A stretch of 64,000 bases of DNA from Phycisphaerae bacterium. Its GTDB lineage: Bacteria; Planctomycetota; Phycisphaerae; UBA1845; Fen-1342. The DNA is taken from assembly GCA_963675745.2 (NCBI GenBank), contig CAXXWX010000010.1, forward strand, positions 126,563 to 190,562, written 5' to 3'. Both the position numbers and the translations under genes were made by a program. Shown piece by piece: positions 56,399 through 64,000 of this stretch; the stretch's first letter is position 1, and each line of letters opens with the position of its first letter. The notes below the pieces were generated by a model. The model was not told the origin of the DNA, did not search any database, and worked only from the letters and a program-made list of their open reading frames with translations.

Positions 56399-59074
56399 TC
56401 AGTGGGCTTCATCCCAGGAATCTCCCCAGGCGATGTTGACCTTGAGCGGCACCTTGAGCTGCCAGACGGACTCCATCTCGGTCCGCACCAGCGACTCGAC
56501 GATATCGGCCTCGGACGGCGGCACCTCGAATACCAGCTCGTCATGGACCGACAGCAGCATGGCGGCGGCAAGTCCCTTTTCCCGAAAAGCGCGGTCCACG
56601 TGAATCATGGCCATCTTGATCAGGTCGGCGGCCGACCCCTGAATCGGTGTGTTGACGGCGGTTCGCTCGGCGAACTGGCGCACGTTTCGGTTGCGGCTGT
56701 CGATGTCCGGCAGCAGACGGATCCGGTTGAGCAGCGTCTGGGTCTGTCCGCTGTCACGGGCCGACGCAATGGTTTCTTCCATGAAGGTTTTGACACGGCG
56801 GTACCGGCTGAAATAATGATCGATATAGGTACCGGCCATCTTCTGGCTGATACCGAGCTGCCGGGACAGGCCATAGGGGCTCATGCCGTAAATGATGCCG
56901 AAATTGATCGCCTTGGCCTGGCGGCGCAGCTCGGGCGTGACGAACGACGGAAAGACCTGGAACACCTCGGTGGCCGTGCGCGTGTGGATATCTTCACCCT
57001 CCTGAAAAGAGCGGATCAGGAGCGGGTCGCCCGAACAGTGCGCCAGCAGCCGGAGTTCGATCTGGGAATAATCGGCCGACATCAGCCGCCATCCCTTCCG
57101 GGGCACGAAAGCGCTGCGGATCCGGCGGCCTTCCTCGGTTCGGATGGGAATATTCTGCAGGTTCGGGTCCGAACTGCTCAGGCGGCCGGTCGCCGTGACG
57201 GTCTGGTTATAGGACGTGTGGATCCGTCCGGTGGCGGGATCGATCAGTCCCAGCAGGGCATCGGTATACGTTGACTTGAGTTTGGCCAGCGTGCGGTGCC
57301 GAAGGACCTGCTCGGGGAGTTCGTGGTGTTTCGCCAGAACGGTCAGCACATCGACATCGGTGGAATAACCGGTCTTTTTCCGGGTTTTCTTCTGCACCGG
57401 CAGTTTCAGTTTGTCGAACAGGATGTGTCCCAGCTGCTGGGATGATTTGATATTGAATTCTTCACCGGCCAGTATGTAAATGTCCCGTTCAATCGTGTCG
57501 AGTTGTGCCTCGAAGTCCGCCGACAGCCGGCGCAGGCAATCCCGGTCGACGGTGATGCCGTTCATTTCCATCTGCATCAGCACCGGAACCAGCGGCATCT
57601 CCACCGTCTGCATCAGGTCGCTCAGGCCGATATCGTCCAGCCGTGGCGTCAGGATCTGACGGGCCTTCAGGGTGATGTCGGCATCCTCACAGGCATAAGG
57701 GGTCGCCTTCTGAATCGGAACGGTCTCGAAACCCGCCGCCCGTCCGCCATCGCAGACATCCGTGTACTTGATCTTGCGGTAATCCAGAAAATCGAGGGCA
57801 ATCTGATCCAGGCTATGGGCCCGTTTGGACGGGTTCAGCAGGTAGGACGCCAGCATGGTATCAAACACAACGCCGGCCAGATCGATGCCGTGTCGTTTGA
57901 ACACCATCCAGTCGTATTTGATGTTCTGGCCGACCTTATGGATCCGTTCATTCTCCAGCAGCGGCCGCAGCAGCCCCAGGACCGTGTCACAATCCAACTG
58001 GCCGGCGGCATCGTCCCCCTGGTGCCCGCAGGGAACATAAAAGGCCTCATCCGCGCGAACGGCCAGCGAGATGCCCACCAGGGAGGCCCGCATGGGATTC
58101 CGGGAAGTGGTCTCGGTATCGACGGCCAGTTCCGGTGCCTGCTCAAGCCGTTCGATCAATTGCTGCAGGTCCTGCCGGCGGGTGATCGCCCGGTAGTCCT
58201 TACGGCTGCGGTCCGATGCCGTGGCGAAGCGCTGCTGCAGCTGACGGAATTCAAGCTCCTTGAACAGCGCCGACAGGCGATCGTCATCCGGTTTCCGAAT
58301 CCGGTAGCGCTCCGGATCGAAGGTCAACGGCACGCGGGTGTCGATCCGAACCAGCCGGCGGCTGAGAAAAGCCTGCTCCCGGTAGCGCAGCAGATTTTCA
58401 TGCAATTTCTTTTTCTTGATCTCGTCGATCCGTTCATAAATCCGCTCCAGGCTGCCGTAGGTCCGGATCAGATCGAGAGCCGTCTTCGGGCCGATGCCGG
58501 GCACCCCGGGGATGTTGTCGGCGCTGTCTCCCGACAGCCCCATCATGTCGATGGTTTGCGACGGTTCGATGGCACGGGTCCGGCGGATGGTGTCGATGTC
58601 GATGACCTCGTCCTTCATCGGATCCCAGATGTGCGCCCGCTCATCGACAAGCTGCATGAAATCCTTGTCGCCGGTCACCATGACCACCTCGAATCCCGCC
58701 GCCTGCGCCTGCCGGGCAAGGGTGCCGATCAAATCGTCGGCTTCGAATCCGGGCATTTCAACCAGCGGCAGGTGGAATCCGTCGGTAATCCGGTGAATAT
58801 AGGGGATCTGTACCACCAGGTCCTCCGGCATCGATGGCCGGTTGGCCTTGTATTCGGCAAACAGGTCATGCCGGAAGGTCGGTCCCTTGGCGTCGAACAC
58901 CATGGCGGCAAATTCGGGCGCACGGTCCTCCAGAAGCTTAATGAGCATGCGGGTAAAACCGAACGCGGCATTGGTCGGCAGGCCTTTGGAATTGGAAAGG
59001 CTGCGGATGGCATGATAGGCCCGGTGAATGTAGGCACTTCCGTCTACCAGATAAATCGTTTTGTCTGTTCCCAT
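56399..59074 (-). CDS. polA: DNA polymerase I
   Basis: 5'-3' exonuclease (DGSAYIHRAYHA), 3'-5' exonuclease (DTET) and polymerase motifs ADYSQIELR, KAINFGIIYG and VHDEL. Confidence 0.98.
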   Translation of the reverse strand: MGTDKTIYLVDGSAYIHRAYHAIRSLSNSKGLPTNAAFGFTRMLIKLLEDRAPEFAAMVFDAKGPTFRHDLFAEYKANRPSMPEDLVVQIPYIHRITDGFHLPLVEMPGFEADDLIGTLARQAQAAGFEVVMVTGDKDFMQLVDERAHIWDPMKDEVIDIDTIRRTRAIEPSQTIDMMGLSGDSADNIPGVPGIGPKTALDLIRTYGSLERIYERIDEIKKKKLHENLLRYREQAFLSRRLVRIDTRVPLTFDPERYRIRKPDDDRLSALFKELEFRQLQQRFATASDRSRKDYRAITRRQDLQQLIERLEQAPELAVDTETTSRNPMRASLVGISLAVRADEAFYVPCGHQGDDAAGQLDCDTVLGLLRPLLENERIHKVGQNIKYDWMVFKRHGIDLAGVVFDTMLASYLLNPSKRAHSLDQIALDFLDYRKIKYTDVCDGGRAAGFETVPIQKATPYACEDADITLKARQILTPRLDDIGLSDLMQTVEMPLVPVLMQMEMNGITVDRDCLRRLSADFEAQLDTIERDIYILAGEEFNIKSSQQLGHILFDKLKLPVQKKTRKKTGYSTDVDVLTVLAKHHELPEQVLRHRTLAKLKSTYTDALLGLIDPATGRIHTSYNQTVTATGRLSSSDPNLQNIPIRTEEGRRIRSAFVPRKGWRLMSADYSQIELRLLAHCSGDPLLIRSFQEGEDIHTRTATEVFQVFPSFVTPELRRQAKAINFGIIYGMSPYGLSRQLGISQKMAGTYIDHYFSRYRRVKTFMEETIASARDSGQTQTLLNRIRLLPDIDSRNRNVRQFAERTAVNTPIQGSAADLIKMAMIHVDRAFREKGLAAAMLLSVHDELVFEVPPSEADIVESLVRTEMESVWQLKVPLKVNIAWGDSWDEAH

Positions 59075-59153
59075 CGCATTTCCATTTAAGACGCCATGGT
59101 CGTGAAAGTGGCCGCCGATTCATGTCGGTGAGGACCCGGCGGCGGCCGCCGGC

Positions 59154-59182
59154 TTGACAAGATCTGGCGCGGGTATTAGTTT
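59154..59182 (+). promoter_or_regulatory. Putative sigma70 promoter for the Cys-rich small protein
   Basis: TTGACA, 17 bp, TAGTTT. Confidence 0.45.
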
Positions 59183-59301
59183 CCCGGTATAAAAAGGGCT
59201 GCCTGATGCTATCCATGACAATTGGGTTTGATGATATATTCCCAATCACGACCTTAACCGGGTGTTTCCGATAACGACAGTGAATACTGACTCTAACATC
59301 A

Positions 59302-59568
59302 ATGCCGCCGAACGACAAGGACCCAACTGGCATGCCCCATCCACATCCGGCACCTGAGCCCAAACCGGGATACCGCAAACGATACGGACACCGAAAAGAA
59401 CGGGTCTGCTCTTGTTGTGGCAAAACCGTACCGTTTTGCTGGCGCTGCCGTTGTGGCTTCAACATCTGTCAGGACTGTATGCTGGAAAACTTCTGGGGAA
59501 TGTCCTGCAACGGCATTACCTGGCAATGCCCCGATTGCGGAGAACAGAACGGGTTCGGCAACCAGTAG
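59302..59568 (+). CDS. Small Cys-rich, probable zinc-binding protein
   Basis: CSCC, CWRCRC, CQDC and CPDC motifs. Confidence 0.65.
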   Translation: MPPNDKDPTGMPHPHPAPEPKPGYRKRYGHRKERVCSCCGKTVPFCWRCRCGFNICQDCMLENFWGMSCNGITWQCPDCGEQNGFGNQ

Positions 59569-59730
59569 CCACTGTCGGCTTTGCCTTGGCCGAGTGGAGC
59601 GGTGAATGTCCATCCGCAGCGCTGTTGATGAAGCCATGACCCATAACATTCAACATATGGTGTCCAAAACGTATTGACACACTGAATATGGGTCTGTATA
59701 GTCCATATCGACAACTGACGGATCTTCGCC

Positions 59731-60515
59731 ATGACCTTTTTTCATCTGATCATAACCCGGATCAACCGGTTCGGTCTGAACCTGCAGCGTGATGCGCCGG
59801 TAAAATCTCTGCGGACCCGATGGCGCCTGGCCGTTCTGGCAACGATTCTGGCGGCCGGTCAGCTGATGCCCGGCCCGCTGGCGCTGCAGACCCCGGTGTC
59901 TTCTCCGGGCAAGGCGGAAGCCTTCGAACAGACCATCGAACTGAATGTCCGGCTGTCGGTTCCCTCCGATCGTGACACCCGGCCGTTTCAACTCCCTCCA
60001 CCGACACTGATGGTGCCCCTCCGGCGCCCGTCGGACGCTGCGGCCGGCGGCTCCCAACCGCCCGCCCCCGGACGATCTGCCGACCATTATTTCCTGGCCA
60101 AGAAACAGCACCTGTTCCATTCGATCATCGTGACATCGGCCCGGCGGCATCAGGTTGATCCGGCACTGATCAAGGCGATCATCATGGCGGAATCCGGTTA
60201 TAATCCCCGCGCCGTCTCCAGAAGCGGCGCCAAGGGCTTGATGCAGCTCATGCCCACCACCGCTGATGCGCTGGGGGTCGAGAATATCTTTGATCCGGCC
60301 CATAACATCGACGGCGGGGTCAGATATTTCAAACAGCTCAAAAAAATTTCGGCAACAACCTCGAACTCGCCCTGGCCGCCTACAACGCCGGTAGCCGCAA
60401 GGTCAAAAAGCACGGCGGCATCCCGCCCTTCAGGTCCACCCGGTCTTATATCCGCAAAGTGCTGAGCTATTATGCGTTTTTCAAGGAAAATATGAAACCT
60501 GCCGGACGGGTGTGA
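59731..60515 (+). pseudogene. Lytic transglycosylase (SLT domain), frameshifted in an A7 run
   Basis: AIIMAESGYNP.AVS..GAKGLMQLMP, then a frameshift at ~60340-60346 into [21 protein letters not shown]. May be a sequencing indel. Confidence 0.8.
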
Positions 60516-62298
60516 TGGCATCCGGCGCCCTCTCTGCCCCCGGGTGTTGCTGCAGACGGGGGGGGTATCCGGTGCTTCGACGGGCATGGGCGGCGGTTCT
60601 GGCCATCCCATTCATCCTGGCGGCGCCGGCATCCGGGGAGAACACCATCCTCACCGGAGGACAGCAGTCCCGCATCGATTATCGGCTGACCCAGCGGATC
60701 AACCCCGGTCGCGCCACCGGCCGTCTGGAACTCAGCTGCGTCCTGCCGGCATCCTTTTCGTCCCCGACCTATCAGCAGCGCATATCGGATGTGGCGTTGC
60801 GGGCGACGCCATCACCCGACCACCGGCGACAACATACGGACCGGCGGGGTAATCAGGTGGTGTCGCTGGCCTGGACGGGCGCACCGGCACCGATCACCGT
60901 CTCCCTGCAGTTCAACTCCCACTGTCGGGTCGACCTGGCCCGTCTGGAGACCACCGCCCCCTTTCCGCTGCCGGAACCACCCGACGCCATCCGTCCTATC
61001 TGACGAGCACCCCCCTGGCCCCGGCCTCGGATCATGCCATCCGCTCACGTGCCGACGCCATCACCGCCGCCGCATCTACCCAGTTCGATGCCGTCCAGAA
61101 GATTCTGACATGGGTGGTCGACCATATGCACTATGTCCTCGATCCACCCCGTAACGACGCCCGTTATTCCCTGTCCACCGGCCGGGGCAACTGTCAGAAT
61201 TACGCCCATCTGGCAGCCGCCCTGATGAGGGCGGTCGGCATTCCCGTCCGCATCGTCAACGGGGTGGTGCTCGACAGGCCTTACGATATCGATCTGCCCG
61301 GCGAGGTGCTGACCATGAAGATGGCCCGCGGCCGGCATGCCTGGATCGAAGTCTACTTTTCCGATCTTGAATGGGTCCCCTTTGACCCGGCCGGCACCGA
61401 AATGTTCGTGAGCAATCGATTTGTCAGGATCGAGACCGGCCTGGACAACGACGAAACCAAGCAGGACGGTCTCCTGCGCTGGTCACCGCCGGCCCCTGCC
61501 CCCCGATTCGAGGAAAGTATCGAAGCGTCTTTTGTCGATGACAGCACCCGCCTGACGGCCCGCCGCACCGAGTACGGCCCCCGGGAGCTACTGCTGTGCC
61601 CGCCGGTCGATGCCCCCTTCGAACGTCTGAAACGCCCCCCTGTTCCCGGGCCGCCCATCGGCCTGACGCCGACACCGTTTGAACGGCTGGCTTTTTCCGT
61701 TCCGATCCGCCTCGGCAACCTCGAATTTCCACGGCGCATCGATTTTTTTGAAACCCGTCGGGAGATTCGGCCGGGACCGGAGGGCACATCGGAAATGCGC
61801 AAAACCTTTCTGGTGGAAACGGCCGAATATGTCACCACCCAGGGCCGGCAATACGCCCAGGTCTTCATCCTCGACCGGCCGATCCGTCTGCAGAAAATTG
61901 GTCTGGCGCTGCACCGTTTCGGCGGTCACGGTCAGCTCTGGATTGAACTCTTCGCGGACCACCGGCAGCAACCGGGACGTCAAATCGCCACCAGCCGCAT
62001 GACGGATCTGGCGGAGATTCCTGTCACGGCCGGATATGACTGGTTCGATTTCGACTTTGACGAAACCGATTTGAAGCTGTCGCCGGGGGCCTACTGGATC
62101 ACACTCGGCTTCACCGGCCGTCCCATCGTCAACTGGTTCTTTTCCTATGGCAAACCGGCCGGCCCCCTGTACGGCACCCGCTACAAGACCCTGTTCGATG
62201 CCGACTGGAGCCGCAGCCTGGCCTATGAATTCAACTACCGTGTCATCGGTGATGCCCCTGCCGCATGGCCGGCTCTGGAGAAACACTCAGACCGATAA
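60515..62298 (+). pseudogene. Secreted transglutaminase-like domain protein, with a one-base frameshift near 60997
   Basis: AIRP/YLTSTPLA is rejoined by adding one base; GNCQNYAHL, HAWIEVY and WVPFDP give the Cys-His-Asp triad. Confidence 0.78.
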
Positions 62299-62907
62299 TA
62301 TGGATTCCAGTTCCTTCAGATTCCCGATATGAAAATCCGCATCGAGATGCGGGTTGCCGAAGGCGGCCAGAAAAACACCGGCCGCCCGGGCCGCCAGTTG
62401 ATCCAGCTCGGAATCTCCCACATAGAGGACCTGATCGGGCGTTACCCTGAAATGGGATATGATCTTCAACAAGAGGTCAGGCGCGGGTTTGGGATGTGCC
62501 ACATCGAGGGAATTGACCACGTAGTCGAAATCGTCCGCCAGATCGAACGTATCAATGACCATGGCGATGGAGTCACTCCGGTTGGTGGCGACAGCGGTGT
62601 GGTAGTGAGGACGCAGCCGGCGGAGCAGCGGTTTGAGATGGGGCTCCATCTGCATGTGTTCGATAAAGGGTTGATACCCCATCCGGCCGCGACAGGACTG
62701 GGCGGTTGCATACATGACCGGATCCGGAAACAGATACGCGAGGACCTTGTCGGCCGTATGCATGTTGGCATAAGCAAACTGTTCGGCCGTCATGTCCGGC
62801 ATACCGAGATGATTGAGAATCCGGTTGTAGAACGCCTTGTTGGCCTTTTCGGTATCGAACATGACGCCGTCGCAGTCAAAGGCCACGACCTTGAAGGGTG
62901 TCGCCAT
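62287..62907 (-). CDS. HAD-family hydrolase (phosphoglycolate phosphatase-like)
   Basis: FDCDGVMFDT, VATNR, KPAPD and YVGDSELD. Confidence 0.9.
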   Translation of the reverse strand: MATPFKVVAFDCDGVMFDTEKANKAFYNRILNHLGMPDMTAEQFAYANMHTADKVLAYLFPDPVMYATAQSCRGRMGYQPFIEHMQMEPHLKPLLRRLRPHYHTAVATNRSDSIAMVIDTFDLADDFDYVVNSLDVAHPKPAPDLLLKIISHFRVTPDQVLYVGDSELDQLAARAAGVFLAAFGNPHLDADFHIGNLKELESILSV

Positions 62908-62909
62908 CT

Positions 62910-63632
62910 TCAGTGCTCCCTTGCCTTATACTGAATCGATATGCGTCCAAAAACCGGCACGGTGATGCGGGGGTGGACCGGGCTGTCCGTTCTCAGCACG
63001 ATGACATCTTCGTAATGCCCTTCGGGCTTGACATTCTCGACGTGCAGCCGATACACCGGCCGGCCCGACCGCTCGGCCGTTTCGACGCGGTAGCGGAAAT
63101 TCCGCCCCTCGTGCCGGTCGGGACCGATGAGACGGAATGGATACCGGTCACGGGGGACGATCTCGATGGTCGCCCGCGGCTGCCGGTCGGCACTGCCCCT
63201 GAGCACCGCCCGCCGTGGTTGAATCGACACGAAAGATTCCACCCGGCCGCTGACCGTCAATTTGAGAAATGGTTTCTCGGATCCTTTGGCGAAGACCCGG
63301 GCCTCCTTGCGAAGGGGATAGCCGCCATAACCCGAAGTGTTGATTCTGAGCGTCAATGTTTCCTCGCCGCCGGGCGGGATGGGGTCCGGAACCCGGACCA
63401 CGGCGCAGCCTCAGCCGGTCCGGACCCGATCGATGACCAGCGTCGTTGCGCTGTCGTTGCGCACGCTGAAGTCATGGCGGACCTCGGTCCCCTCGAGCAC
63501 CACACCGAAATCATGATGAAGATGCATTTCCGTTGCCCCGGCGGCCGTCGGGCTGCCGGTATCGGCTGCCCCGGCAGCGGCACCGATGAACAGCATCCAG
63601 AAAAACACGACCCTTGTTGACATCCATCTCAT
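62910..63632 (-). CDS. Secreted DUF1573 (Ig-like) protein, predicted selenoprotein (TGA at 63411-63413)
   Basis: HDFGVV.EG.EVRHDFSVRN..LVIDRVRTG-U-GCAVV..IPPGGE. Two in-frame ORFs separated by TGA at the position of the first Cys of the family CGC motif; SECIS-like hairpin follows. Confidence 0.8.
63383..63399 (-). promoter_or_regulatory. Putative SECIS hairpin
   Basis: GGUCCGG-GUU-CCGGACC, a perfect 7-bp stem with the loop 18 nt after the UGA. Confidence 0.65.
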
Positions 63633-64000
63633 GAGGCGTTCCTTTGTCGAGGCCCTTGCCGGGCGGTCTGTCGGGGCCGGATCACAAACGCCGGCACGGT
63701 TTGCCGTCCCCGATGCCAAACCGTGCCGCCGAAGCGGAATGTAATGCAGGCAGGGCCTCATTTCAAGAGCTGCGGTATATTTCATCTCCGGACGGACCGT
63801 CCGCATAAAAAACGATTCCGCGGACAGCCGCTTGCAATGTATCGCCGGGATCTGGTAGTATCACAGCGATCGGCCATCGGCCGGAGCCGCCGGTCGTCGC
63901 CCGTATCATTCCGTCAACCCGATCGGTCATGATGTCGGTGAAAGCCTTATGTTCCTGAACACCATCAGAAAATGGAACATGCCTGTCATTCGTGATATCC

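Noticed and set aside
57503..59089. 528-aa plus-strand ORF and similar long antisense ORFs (e.g. 35631..37001, 49981..51123)
   Set aside because: Shadows of polA, the permease and hypF caused by GC-rich codon bias.
60338..60352. Programmed -1 ribosomal frameshift in the SLT gene
   Set aside because: No correctly phased X-XXY-YYZ heptamer and no clear stimulatory structure; an indel error is simpler.

Overview
This window looks like two unrelated DNA sources joined at about 54,210. The left part (1 to ~54,210) is GC-rich and Planctomycetota-like, probably Phycisphaerae (PVC 'small basic protein', PEP-CTERM protein, TPR-sulfatases; the taxonomy is inferred). It carries, in order: an archaeal-type gatE that the ORF track misses, two Thr-type sulfatase-TPR paralogs, a PEP-CTERM protein, a lectin-PNGase F-like enzyme, imuA with a split imuB, a NikR-controlled ECF nickel transporter, an 11-heme cytochrome c lipoprotein with an in-frame TGA and SECIS-like hairpin next to a double-rhodanese lipoprotein, purU, an ECF sigma/anti-sigma pair, a spiro-SPASM-like gene coupled to a Maf gene, a truncated IS1380 beside Rhs relics, rnc, an SPFH trio with ABC genes, yebC, hypF and an orphan Rhs toxin-immunity cassette. 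The right part (~54,210 to 64,000) looks Desulfobacterota-like: a truncated GT4, a QueG-like Fe-S protein, tag, polA, a Cys-rich microprotein, frameshifted SLT and transglutaminase genes, a HAD hydrolase and a second likely selenoprotein (DUF1573, U-G-C). The best candidates for an undescribed system are the selenocytochrome/rhodanese pair, the bacterial GatE, the SPFH-ABC cluster and the spiro-SPASM/Maf pair. I found no CRISPR array, rRNA or tRNA. All family assignments are from motif recognition by eye; no searches were run.
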